Notes under the pieces: generated by a model
Databases searched by the model: none
Seen by the model: the letters and a program-made list of their open reading frames with translations, nothing else
What the model was told of the DNA's origin: nothing
Part shown: in pieces, positions 39,224 through 52,100 of the stretch
Numbering within the stretch: position 1 is the stretch's first letter
Layout of the letters: every line of letters starts with the position of its first letter
Program-made: the position numbers and the translations under genes
Origin: Phoronis australis
Taxonomy: Eukaryota; Animalia; Phoronida
NCBI GenBank assembly: GCA_002633005.1
Contig: NMRA01000468.1
Span: 223,152 to 287,151, forward strand
Reading direction: 5' to 3'
Length of the DNA: 64,000 bases

Positions 39224-40027
39224 GTAGAACTGAACGCCAGTAACACAAAAAACATTGACTAGTTTCGTTTCACTTCATAACCCCGGACGAAAAAATAAAT
39301 AATCGCCCTTACTGTTTTCATATGGCTGCCTATGTTTCGTCGTAGTACAGTAAAAATATCCATCCCTAGCATTGCAACGGCTAATAAAAGGTAACATCAA
39401 AATGTCATTTGAAAGGATAGCTACCTATCGTCACATAATCTCTCAAAGCCTTTTGGTAGTGGAAACTAATTGTGGTGAGCCAACTCAGTTGTTTGAAATT
39501 AACCATCTTATTTCAGGATATCTATGTTAATTTAAGGCGTTGGGGGAGGGGGGGTTACAAAAAGGCCATTGTATCGGAAATAAAGACAATTATTTGAAAT
39601 TTGAGTCTTCATTTCATCTCATCAACCATACCTAAAAAAATTACAAAGATCTTTTGATGAGATGAAACCGATGAAGCTTCAAACTTGCGCGCGACAAACA
39701 GCGCTACCTATTGGTAGAGATGTGTCTGTGTAAGCAAAGGCATAGAGTCGAGGTTCGAAAAGCAAATTTTACATTCCTGACAGTTTAGTTTCCTGTAGCG
39801 TTGCGCATATTTCATTTGATTTTGTTAAAACTCTATTACTTTCTCAGCACTTGAATGTTTTTTGAATGAAACTACCTTGTTCATATTGAATAATAGGGGG
39901 CGTTACCGTCTTTACGACCAAAAACGCGATTTTGAAATTTTTCAAAGTTATTAGTCTTAATCCGTCATAGCTATAAAACAACAAAATTCGTTGTGTTGTT
40001 TGTGTCTCTATGATGAACTGCCAATTC

Positions 40028-40090
40028 CAGGGGCGGATCCAGGATTTTTAGTCAGGGGGGCAGGGCAGAGTATTAGCCAGGATTTTGTAC
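40028..40090 (+). mobile_element. MITE terminus fragment (CAGGGGCGGATCCAGGATTTT)
   Basis: Typical hAT-MITE end; homologous to 33031-33083 in reverse. Confidence 0.55.
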
Positions 40091-43000
40091 GTCAAACATT
40101 CGCACCTCCGAACTGCCAAATCCATTAACCACTAATTTTTGTTATAAACGAACACCACGACGGTATTCAGCTGAAAAAAAAAACAACCAAGTACGGTTTT
40201 CGATTTTTAAAAATCGATGAACTAATAATCTAAAAACTACAACCATTAGGGTACGATTGAAAATAAACTACTGCGGGAATTGATATACTCGGTGGATAAA
40301 TAAACGCTGATCAAAGTTAACAATTTCTCATGGATTCATTTTTTAATATCCTTTCAATCTCGTTTAACCAGATTTTTGACCAGGAAACAGTTGTTGTGCC
40401 CACTTTTCATTTTTTATTACTGGCAAAGAGCTAGAATAGTTATATAGTCAGTGCCACCGAAATTGTCCAGAGATTTCAAATCTTCAGTTTGGTTATCACC
40501 ATATTTGCACTTCTGTATATATTTTATGATTTGAGTTCTAATAAAGATTAAACTTTAATGACATGTGAAATGTTTAGTGTACCTGTAATGTGGTAAGTTT
40601 AGGGATGGGCTCACAATTAAGTTTACCTGGCGGTAACCACTATTGTATTATTAGTAGCTTCAGTAGTATGAGTTGTTCTCCGCATTGAGAGTTGTTCTCA
40701 TCATTCGTTGACAGTCTTCAATATGCTAGTCAAGATTCTTCTCATGTGTTCTTGCCTATACGAACCACCTCGTACACAGCCAAACCGCATTTTTTCGTGT
40801 ACTCCCCGCATGTTTTGGTACTTCAAGTTCAAAACTTAGATAAAACCCATTTTCGGTGAGAAAAAAACAAGTGGGCAGAAGCACTAAAAATTAAATGAAG
40901 AAAACCAATACGAAACTCATCGTTCCTTTGGGAAGTGGCCCTTTGTGAAGATAAACACAAGTTAACCTTTTTAGTCATTCCGTAATATTTATAATGTACT
41001 AAGTTAAAATTACTCTCCAGAGTTGCAGGCTATAACTCTGCAAATGTCAGAGAAAGCCAAAATGGGGGTCCTAATAAGAACCATTGTTGAGACAGTAATG
41101 CTAGCAATTACCTTTCCACTTCATTAGCTCAGATCTACATCAATATAAAGGGCGTGCTGAATAGGCATCGTAAAAGTTGTCAGGGGTTTAGGGAATCAGA
41201 GCGGTCACCAGTGTAAGCGAGAACTGAATTCTCCACATGTTCTCGTTAGATTCAGCGCTGGAAGTGATCGCTTGTTAATGATTTATTTCGCATATCTGTG
41301 AGCGTTTACGGTAAAATGCACCAGTTCTCGACATTGCACAATGACAGATTTTGATGTATATCTAAATACAACTGGCTATAAGCTCTCTTTCAGTCAAAAA
41401 CGCGAACTTTTGACTATGAAAATCACTTCCGGTCTTAGCTTGTTCCTTACTTGCAAAGAACGGACATTTCAATATTCAATGCTCGGAATATCCTGATCAT
41501 GACGAATAGCCGTGACAAGCCATCTTGTAGCCTCAAGCTCGCTGTCGGTTCTCTGTGTGCCGCTAGATGATAGCCCGGCAGTTGCGGCACGCAAGAAACC
41601 AGCGAGACCCTCAAGCGGAAACAAGATGTCAAGAACTTCACAACTGCCCATATTTTGATATTGATTGAAAACTGGAAAGCAACTGTCTTGGCAATATGTT
41701 TTGTACGAAGTTGAAAATTTTTTTGTCGTTTCTTTGGTTCCAGTTGATAAGCGTGTGACCAACTGCATAAATTTCAAGTACAAATTTTAAATAGGAATAG
41801 AGTGTTTTTTTATTTTGTGTAAATTCTTTTATGATTTTCAATACTTCATTATGGTTTTAAAAGCAAATGCCCTGACTAACAACTGCATCACCCTCAAATC
41901 GTAAAATGGACTTTTCCGACAACTCCAACTGAATCACTGTCGACATAAGATCTAACACAAGTCATATCACGATGACAGGCTTTCTAAACTGGTTCGGAGC
42001 TGGAATGCATCTGTGTGTAGCCAATAACCAATCCTCCCAAAAGCTTTAATACCTTTCCCACACATTGTGGGACATTTGCAGTTTGAGAAATTCAAGTTCA
42101 GTTTGTAGCAAAGATACTAAAACATAGAAGTTATATATTAGCACACGCACGAAAAGTATTTCACCTTAGGTTCACCTATGAGAAATTGCGAGTGTGGGAG
42201 ATCATCTCCGTCCAATAGGGGGCGCAAGCAGTAGAAATGTTCTAACTGGAGTGCCGGCATCTTCTCGATACTTAAAAACTACTAGTGTTATGCGAAACCA
42301 TGAAGAAAAATGTAAATCATAACATAGAGACAGGTAATTGTTTGAAATGGTATCTTCAAAGACATTAATGATGTGTACACATTATAAAAGATCTCTGATG
42401 GACACTATCGATTTCCCATGCATATTAACACTTTAATGGATTCATCCCTGTGCCTAAGCTATGCCACTGTTCTTTAAATCTTCAAGGTCTCCTATAATAT
42501 AACTAATTATGACGTGTTTCTTTAATGAGCTTGTTTTTTTAATTGATTATACATATCGGTTTCCAATCGACCACAAAAACAAGTCACTACTGACTTGTGG
42601 TTCACCATTAACTCAAAAGATGTCTCTGTCATCTCTGGAATAACTCGATATGGCCACGCGCTACCAGACATCTTCAGACATCTTCTATATTGAAATCGTC
42701 CACTATAACCGTCGTCGGCAAAGAAATTTACGTTCATCAAAAGCTTCTGAAAACAGTATCTTATTCTTCACAGCGGTTGAACTTTCAAAATGCAATCTCT
42801 TAAAACGACATTCAATCCCGTGCTCTCTGCCAAAACCCAATTTTTATTTAAGCCTCTCACGGTTATGAAATTGGTCTCAAACCAAAAGTAAATATTACTT
42901 TTGGGCGTGGAAAGAACTGTCATTTTCGTTGTTACGTTATTTCGTCACTTCAAAGGCTCATAAAATTTCAGTTGACGGGCCTGGTCAGAATAAATAGCGA

Positions 43001-44028
43001 TAACTGGACTAAATGAAAACTCATTTTTGACCGAAAGCGCGAATTTAATTAACACCGCTTCAAAAAACCAATTCTCAAGCGATCTGTCAATGTCCTATGC
43101 AATTTCCCAAATGCTCAAGATTCATTGATACCTGGTGACCGACTACACCTCGCCTGAATTGACTGCACAGTTATGAACTTCATACAAACAACAAACACAC
43201 CCAAGTACATGCAGTGTAGTAAATATGCTAAATATTCTTATTTTAGAGGTTTCTTTCCATGCTCTCTCGACGTGCCACGCACTGAACGCCGCGCGTTCCT
43301 AGGCTCCTGAAAAGCACTGAAGATGACGCAAAACTTCGCGAGATATCCTCGCGTATTACAAGCGAAGCAAGTGATAATAACAACTAGCTTCTCTTGGGAG
43401 CCAAAAAATTCTTGCGTCTGCGGAAATCTACTCTAGTTAAAAGGGTATTTTATTCTTTAAAAACTATGAGTGACAATTATGTTACCCATGGCCTTATGCT
43501 TTCAGTTATAAGCAATTGGGGATTGGCTCAAACATGATGGGTCACCTCTGAACATGATCAAAAACAAAAGAGAACGAGCGATCAGCTGCCTTTCGAGAAA
43601 CTAAATTTTGTTCCTAGAAGCAGCGATAAAAAAATTAACAAGGGTCCCTTGCCGTATTAGCGGCCGTAACTCCATTCCCCATTTACAAGTAACTCAAGAA
43701 ACGAAAACTTATACAATTTCATCGATAATTATATTCCCGTGTAGGCAGGGCTTTCTTGGCTCTGATTTCCGTGTGATTGATACGGCTGATTATCATAATG
43801 TTGTTGTAGTCACCAGTAGTGGCGGTCGCTGCCGCAGTCGACCAGCTCGACGATGATCCGCCAGCTGCCACGACTGCCTCATTGGCAAATTGGGAGTTAA
43901 TTTTGATAGAGCACTAAAACGTGTATTGTAAATAACTTTAGATCTAAGTCGTCGTGAACTTTTATTGTTCTGCTGCCTTTCCAACGTTGTCTCGGGCCCT
44001 CTAAGTTTAATAGCGGCAGAAAACAAAA

Positions 44029-44570
44029 CAGGGATGTGCGGCATTTTTGACTCGGTCTTTTGGTGAGGAGATGATACCCCACCCTTTGATGTGTGGATAC
44101 AAAAAGCTCCACCTCATGCGCGCACCCAGGGGGGAGGGGAGCTCGGGGGACGAAGTGGGCAAAGAGGTCCGCCCCTGAGAGACAAAATGTCCGAGGAAAT
44201 GGGACAAAAGTCCAGTAAATAAGCGCAAATGCGCAATTCACAGTGGTGCTCCAGTTTTTTTTTTTTTTTTTTTTAGTCCGCCCGCTCTTTTGTTAGCAGA
44301 TAATTCGAGCCCCCCATTTTGAAGGCTGGGTGAGCGCATGACCGGTTACTCAGGGGTCGCGACTGACCAACTAAATGACGCCGGCAGTCGTAAATATAAA
44401 AAAACGTCGCCGTAACCACTGTGAAACTCCGAGAGGTACGGCGAAAAACCTTTCCGCATATCCGGAACCGAAACACGGTATTTTGGTGGCCTCCATCAGT
44501 GAAATGTGGGAAATTCGTGGCCACAAAACTATGAAATACCTTTGCCGCGGCTTTCGGTAGTGCCGGTGCC
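44029..44570. mobile_element. GC/CpG-rich transposon-like remnants (CAGGGATGTGCG and CAGTGGTGCTCCAG termini-like motifs, long poly-T)
   Basis: Abrupt composition change and CAG(G/T)G starts typical of hAT MITEs; partner TIRs not identified. Confidence 0.3.
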
Positions 44571-44869
44571 GCTCAGAAGTTTATTGGCAAGTTTCCCTAA
44601 GAAAGGGAGCCTTCCTGACAAAATACCTTAGTAAACAGTATCTTTTAAAAATTCCCTACAAAAGGACCTTCTCCTGGGGTGCATTACACTAGACAATAGA
44701 TTGCTAATTGTTTCAACAACACAAAACATACATATATCATTTGTCTTTAAAAATGGTTGAAAATTTATCTGCCACAAAACTGTATGAAATTATTCCTTTT
44801 TCCATCGAAGCTCCCAACAAGTTAACCTCCGTTTTCGAGTCCATTCTCTAAATAAGAGTGCAAGATCCT

Positions 44870-45221
44870 GGTAATTTTCCAGTTGCGCCCTCTGGGCCCC
44901 AGTCATGTAGTGGTCGAGCAGCAGTACACCGCATCTCACCATGCGATTGTGATCATTTTTTAGCTAGGATTCTTTTCTGACAATTTTCTATTGTTGTTTT
45001 CTGTTAGATTCCGGGAATTTGATGTTCTGTTGCCGCCATTTGGCGAGGGAGCCTTCGAGCACGTGTTGCACTGAAAGTCACGTGGTTTGGTTCTGGGTGA
45101 AACTTGCTCGAGTGAAACTTGATCAGTGGCTTTCGCCGGTCCAACTTCTTTCAAGACCAGTAGACCGCAATAACTCGTAGAAGCTGTTGGATCAAGCTGC
45201 ATAGACTGCCAACCAGATAGA
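44870..45221 (+). promoter_or_regulatory. Promoter/5'UTR region of the plus-strand gene
   Basis: CpG-rich; YY1-like GCCGCCATTT at 45032-45041; CACGTG E-boxes at 45060 and 45079. Confidence 0.45.
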
Positions 45222-45276
45222 ATGGATTTCATTATTTGCGTCGCTTTTTTGATGGTTTTCTCAGGACAAGTGTGTG
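45222..45276 (+). CDS. First coding exon (signal peptide MDFIICVAFLMVFSGQVC-G) of a second, divergently transcribed secreted/membrane-protein gene
   Basis: AGAATGG (purine at -3, G at +4), 18 mostly hydrophobic codons + 1 nt, then GTAAGA donor (phase 1). Preceded by a CpG-rich leader and followed by T-rich intron-like sequence to the window end. No convincing second exon found within the window. Confidence 0.7.
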
Positions 45277-47286
45277 GTAAGATTGTAATTTTTATCGCGG
45301 CGTTGTTTTTGCGGTGGTCCGTTTATAAGAGTTCATTGCTGGTTTAACCGCCTCTATAAATGCTTTGTGATAACCATGTATTTTTTTTCCTTGAGTTCAC
45401 AATGTGATGGATATTACCGGGACGAAGAACAGGTTCCTCGCGAACCGCACATGAGGTTGGCACTCTCTCACACCAACTGGCGACAGGGACAGTGCTTTTT
45501 AATCTTGTCACTGTCACGTGCTGCATTTTCTAAGCCTTCACATTTCTTTATGTGCGAACATTTTTCTTTTGTCATGAATCGCATTTTTGTTTCAAACAGG
45601 TCCCCTTTTCATGGTTAAAATAAGAAAAATCACTACAGCTAGTCTGCCGAGACCGTTATTTAAATTTCTGGAAGAAAATATCGTAGAACAAATAATTCAT
45701 TTTTTCAAAAACGTGACAGTATTGAGACTACAGACTGCCAATGTAAGCTAACTTAGGATTCATTAGTTGTTTCTATTAGGCCCTACGTGAAGACATGGGT
45801 TTATCAGACGGTAAAACTGTTGATTATTATTTTAAAGTCATAGTGCAGTGTCATTTCTGAAAGCCAAGTTTTCAGTTGATTTATGTGTTGGGGTGGAATG
45901 AGTGGTTTTGGTTCTTTGAGTTAGCATACCAAATAATCCATCAATTTTTAATAAAACGATGGAACTAACAGAGTATTGATTCAACAGGAGGATTTGATAA
46001 TGTAACTTGATATATTTGCGATTCCAGCTTCAAGTTTAATGCTCTGCTTCGGGCTCTTAATGTAGTGTTGTTGTGTGCCTCATAAACATCACCCTCAAAG
46101 CACTGATGGATGTGGAATGTCGTGAGAACTGCAATTTCTAAAGAACACAATGTTCACAACAACCCTAAATATGGCATTTTGGCGCCAATAGTTTTCAACG
46201 CACCTCTGAACTGATCGGGCCAGACCTCCTAACCTTCCCCTGAATTTGTCAATACAAGGTCCTTTTGTTCCATGTCAAAAGATAAAATTATTTTCTACCC
46301 AGTCTTAAGTTTCTATGGCATACACATGGTAAATGCAAACCAGAAATGTCCATGGAATTCTTGCAAGTACTGGAACAAGAAATGTATCTTGAACCAATTT
46401 AATTGCATCCACACCAACATGTTTCAATGTTCCAGAGGCTGCTGGGTAGTTCTTGTTTTCTCATAGTCTGATCTTGTCTAAAAGCGGGGATTTTTCATAA
46501 GTAAACGAATAATGGAATTCTTATATATGCCACCTTGTGACTGCCTAGTGAACTATACTGTACATCACAAAATTGTACTGTAAAGAACTATCAAAGTCCA
46601 TACGCATCACCGTGACAACAACTTGATCCAATCATCACGCATGAAATTTTTCTCCATGAAAGATTGATTGAAAGGAGAACGTTGCCTTTTTCGAAGGCAT
46701 TTTTTGGTGAATTTGGCATATTCTACTAACTTTAGAAATGCTATTTTGAACCTTTTTAGTCAAGATGTAAAAATTAAATAGCTAACAATAACACCTCTTC
46801 ACGTGAAACTATGAGGCTGTGCGAAAATTCTAAAAATGGCAGCCAATTGGAATATGTATGCTACATGTTCTCTCGCTTTTCCATTCCAATTACTTTGACT
46901 GACATGATTCGGGGAAGATTGCTGGTTTTCAGTCCTAGCCTTGGTATGTAACAGTTTCACATTCCACCTGGGCAATGACACTGGACATGGGCAATGAAAG
47001 AGTGTTAGCATTTTGTAATTGCAATCTGATAGAAATGAATTAAAAGGTTTCAACACCTTTTATTCCAAATTGACCAAAGCGTTTTCAAAACTGTGAAGTA
47101 AATGTTTCCCTTTAAATATTTGTATTTTTACAAAATATCTGTTTCAGTGATCTGCCTTGGAATTCTCTATTCTTGTTTGACACAATTTATGAAATCTGTT
47201 CCACTGAGCTTAGAGTTTGGAACACTGGAAGACATTGGCATTTTTGCAAGCAAAAGCATTTAAATCTTTGAGGCATCTGGGAGTTT

Positions 47287-47345
47287 TAGTCACTTAAACA
47301 AGGTACTGCTGCCTGTAGTCACTTAAACAAGGTATTGCTGCCTGT
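47287..47345. repeat. 29-bp tandem duplication TAGTCACTTAAACAAGGTA(C/T)TGCTGCCTG x2
   Basis: Directly visible. Confidence 0.9.
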
Positions 47346-47849
47346 TCCTGCCAAATTTGTGTGCGATTTGTCAGACATTAGCCAGCTATCAAATTGTGTG
47401 AAGGTAGATGATTCATGGGAGAATTTCATGGGAGAATTCATCCTTTCTTAATAAGGCAGCATAAAATTGATAGCAGAAGACTAAGGAGTTAGGCCAGCAA
47501 TCAGGATTGGAGCACTTAGATTCCACTTGAGTTCCTGGGTCCTGCTGAGACCAGATTATGCTGACTTCATTAATGTTTGTGCATGTATCATAACTCATGA
47601 GCTGTAAACCAACAAGCCCAGGGGTGGTATTGATTAGGGAGTCTGTCTGTACTAGTATGATACACAGGACCTTGCTTTGTGCCCTTTGGCAGTCATGTTG
47701 GAGGTCATGGGTTGTGACAAAGCCTTATTGAAACTTGGCATGAATCTTACATTTTGTGATTTATTTGGGAAACAAATTTTGTCTTATAATAGAGTTTCAA
47801 CCTTTTGAAATTGATACATTTGAAGAATTTCTTTATGCCATAGGGTATA

Positions 47850-47935
47850 CATGGGCGGCGCACCATAGGGGGCTGGGGGGGGGGGGGGGGNNNNNNGGGG
47901 GGGGGGCTATAGCCCCACTTTTTTCAGCGCCCATA
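47850..47935 (+). mobile_element. MITE terminus-like fragment with poly-G and a 6-N assembly gap
   Basis: CATGGGCGGCGCACC..(G)n NNNNNN (G)n CTATAGCCCC..GCGCCCATAG; ends are roughly inverted (CATGGGCG / CGCCCATA). Confidence 0.45.
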
Positions 47936-49087
47936 GTATAATGCATATGAGTTTAAAATTTTTGAAAAATTAGCCATTCCTTTTGACGATGCAGTTATTG
48001 CACCATTACTTTTTTGTCCGAAGTATGTTTTTCATAATGTTGAGTACCTTTGCTTAATTCTGTATAAGATTGTGGTGCTCGAGGCTTCCATTTTCTGTTG
48101 GATTCAGTGCTGCAAACTTGTTTATTCCAGTTTGAAGGTGGGGATTTTGACCTGACCTAATGATGGCGTAATGTTGGTTTCAACATTAACCAATGTAGCA
48201 GGAAACCACTGAATGTCTGATAAGTGTGTGGGGAACACAAAAGTTCCTTGTTCTTTGAAGTATGCCATTAATGATTTCCTGCATAAGTACTGGCCGGTTT
48301 CTGATATTAACTGACCTTAATTTTCTTGCGTAACAAAGTCACATTCTAGCCTTTTTCAATGTTATGTTTTATTCAACTTCCTGCATAACTTAGCCGTTTG
48401 TTTGATACCTACAGTAAATTATTTCTTATGGAGTTTTATTAGATTTGTTTATTGCAAGTTAACAAGGAAGGATATATCACTTATCAAATCAAAATGCGGT
48501 TCAAATTCTACATCCGTGTTTTTGGACCCTAATCTAACTGTCTGCTAAATCACAAAAACGCATTTTACAGCATACGAATAAAAAGTACCACTTGCATTAT
48601 CTAACACTATTTCAATCATTGTGTTCTTAATTAAGACGGGTCATTCAAACATGACTCAAGATTTTAAATATGGCTTGGAACTTTTCAAACATAGTACAGC
48701 TCCATTTCAATGCATCATGTAAGGAGAACATTGCTTGTAATTGACTAATAATACTTGCCATCTGTCCCGGCGTTTTTGGCGGGAACGTCATAACCTTTTG
48801 AAACTTCATTTGATATCTCACCACACGATCAGAATGTCCTATCTTTTGGTAAACATGCCAAAATATATATTTCCAAATATTTTTGCGCTTATCCATACAA
48901 TTCACGTTACACCTCAATTTTCTCTATTCGGTTTCGCAGGTATGACAAAAACCATCGTCCGGATGTTTTTATAGGCATTATTACAGCAGACTTTTACGCT
49001 TGCCGTATTGGCCTGAATCCAGGTGTCCCACATTTGCCTTTTCAAATGTTGGCAACTGGGCACTTGATGATAGTACGTAGGTTATGT

Positions 49088-49118
<31 letters not shown>

Positions 49119-49128
49119 GCAGCAGCAG
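49088..49128. repeat. (CAG)n microsatellite, ~13 units with one interruption
   Basis: Directly visible; intronic context. Confidence 0.95.
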
Positions 49129-52100
49129 GGTGAAATGGAAGATTGCTGATTCCGCTGTTTAGTAATTAACCACTGCAAAGCCTTTAAATGCAGCTCTCAT
49201 CATCCCCAGCATATTTGCCCACATACTACATCTGTAGGGTTATGCAATTTGAGTTATTCTAGATGTTATTAATCATTTTAACGAAAGGATTGCCTTTCAG
49301 ATCTACTCAAGATTTGCTGATGTTCTTTTCAAGTTGCTTTTATAACTGTTCAGATATGACCTCCATTACAATCTTTCCTCATGGAAGTCAAACCAAGGTT
49401 GATCCGGAACATTTGCAGGTCATTTCTCTGTAACAGAGCATTTTTTTGATTTTGCACATCACTGATCAACACTTCTTAACTACATAATCCCTGCTTCAAA
49501 ATTCTCAAGTTTAGTTTTCAATATATCCAATTTGAGGTCTTTTCTACCGAGATCTTGTGTTGTGTTGTACAAGTTTACTTTCACCATTTGCATAAAAGGG
49601 AATTTTCCATGTTCTCGATCACTGCCGGGGGCAAGGGCAGCAGTGAGTAATCATACAGCAGTGTTATCTATATATTGTGTGCAAACATTGTGTTGCGCCA
49701 AGTTTTGAAAAGTCCTGAGCCATGTTTTGAAAACTTGACCCATGTTCAAAGATCCTGATTTTTTTCTCATTTGCAGCGCAATCAATTGAAATCATTGCTA
49801 GTGTTACGTAGTTTTGTTGTGTTGAAGTGAAAAGGTAGAGATGTGCTGTGCAAGTGAAAATAATGTTTGACTACAGTTATTCCACTGAATTTACAGAAAG
49901 GAATGCTCTAAGGGGGTGTCAGGAGACTCGTCGCCACGTCATTTCTGTCTATTAACATGACTGGCATTTTTGTTGAGAACTCAATGTTCTATGCATTGAA
50001 TGCTATTCACTTTTACAGCGATATATTGGTCTTTTGCTTTTAATTCCACCCTCTGGTAACTAACTCTTTACTAAGTACATCTTACTGCTTTCAAGCCAAT
50101 AGCTCTAGTTAGTGTCTGCCCTGAATATGTCTAGCATATTTCACTAAAATGATGGATGCATCCCTTATCTGACTTGGTTGGTGTACTTGCTATTTTTTCA
50201 CCAGACACCTTGATCCTGGCTGTTTACCTGTGCTGGGTTCTGGTATCTTCTCCAGGAATACCATACCTGAGGCATCGCTGTCTGTCGAAATGATTGATTT
50301 GTCTGTCTGCTCCATCTGTTGAACTTATCCATCAATCTCGGCCATGTCCTGTGAGCACCTTTCCTGATAGACACTATTTATAGGTTTTCCACTGTTGTGT
50401 GGTATCAAATACAGAACTCCTTGGAAGTAAAATAATTTGTGTTTCTTTTATGTCAAGTTCAAAAGACAGGTAGCCTTCAGGCAGGGTGAATCAAAGTTTA
50501 AGGAATTAAAATCCGATGAATAACTTTTGTTCTCAGAAACATGTTTTTCTTAGATCCAGGTGGTGGAAGCAAACTGTTTCCATGACTCGGTGCCTCTAGA
50601 TTCCAGCTTCGATCCTCTGAACCTAAGCGAAGACATAAAAACTGCGGTACAAATCCCGGATTTTCTCACCCACCAATCACATGTTCCGAAACTGCTTCAT
50701 ACACGGTGACCCAGTTGGTTTTGCGGGACCTGAGTGACCAGTTGTAAGAAACATTCCCAATTGGGACTCGACTGACATTTTTGGACATTGGGCTTTTTGT
50801 CTTCATTGCACTACGTAAAGTTTTGATTTTGATGTATACTTGGTCCCCCTGCCAAATATCAATGACATTCCCAACTGAAAATGTTTAAAATCATGCCAAA
50901 TTCCCCTCATCAGGCTAAAAAAGTAACCTCTTTGCCTTCAAGGTTAGAATCACTTAGTGCAATGCCTTACCTGAGTGAGATTTCCCCCTCAAACACCTTT
51001 CCATTCAGGTGAGTGAGGGCCATGCATAACAAGAGTAAACTTCATTGAATTTGTAATATTGAAAATAATGGCATTTTGTCTTCATGTCCATCTATATTTG
51101 TTTATTGCAGAACAAAAGGAAGTTGGGAGGTGAATGACCACTTTCAGCATTTTATCTTTCAATTCCCAGTTTTGGCTGGTTATGTGCCATGGCCAGCACT
51201 AACATTTGGATGTTTTTCAGTTGAAAAATGTAATCCAAGTTATAATTTGTTGCAAATTATGTGTGGCGTATGACCTTCGAGGGGTTAGCTTAAATGTTTA
51301 AACTTCATTGTGTATTCTAAATATTTTTAACTATAACCAGAATCATTCGAATTCAAACCTTCAAAAAAAATTCATGAACTCTGCCTTATGAAATTCATAT
51401 TCTTAATTTTTTCAGTTGAGCATTTTTTGCTAGACATTTGTATGACTTAACCAAAAGAACGGTTTATGAGCAGTCACTGAAATAGGCTAAAATCTCCATT
51501 CTCGGGCTTAAAAATGGTCGTCTGCTAGTGCGGGGAGTGTTGGGTGTGATGAAATCAGAATGTTGTTGTAATCATTTTTGTGATAAACACACATTTTTAG
51601 CCAAGTATTGCTGGGCAAGATAACACTTATGATTTAAAACTGTGTTTCATGCTTAGACCTATACGTACAGAGATTTGGATCTCTTATGAGTTACAGTAAA
51701 AATTTAGTACATTATATTGGCAAACTAGTAAAACTCAAATTTCGTTAAATTTTATATTAAAAGTGAAGGGTGTTGTAATGGACTCATCAAATCCCTCTTT
51801 TTATCAAGTCAACAAGTTCTTGGTAGAAGACTTTTAAATCTTCGTTTTAAGAAAGTGCCAGGCTTTTCCATTTGTTGCCATACATGTTGTAAGAAAAACA
51901 TTGGTCATTCTGGAGATAAGAATGTGTTAAATGTGAATTAAGACAAACAGATAGCATGTTATCATGGATGACTTAGTTTCAGAAATTCTGATGGTATGAT
52001 ATCTCAGTTGTCCTCTGACCTTACACAGAATCTGTACCATAAGTCAGTATTTTCAGGTAGGTCGCCATCTAACTTTAGGTCCATTTCAGGTTGCAGTTTA

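Noticed and set aside
32210-45221. REST/RE1 neural silencer near the promoters
   Set aside because: No adequate match to TTCAGCACCnnGGACAG seen by eye.
48981-49178. Poly-Cys / poly-Gln protein
   Set aside because: Produced by a CAG microsatellite; no convincing splice sites or coding context.
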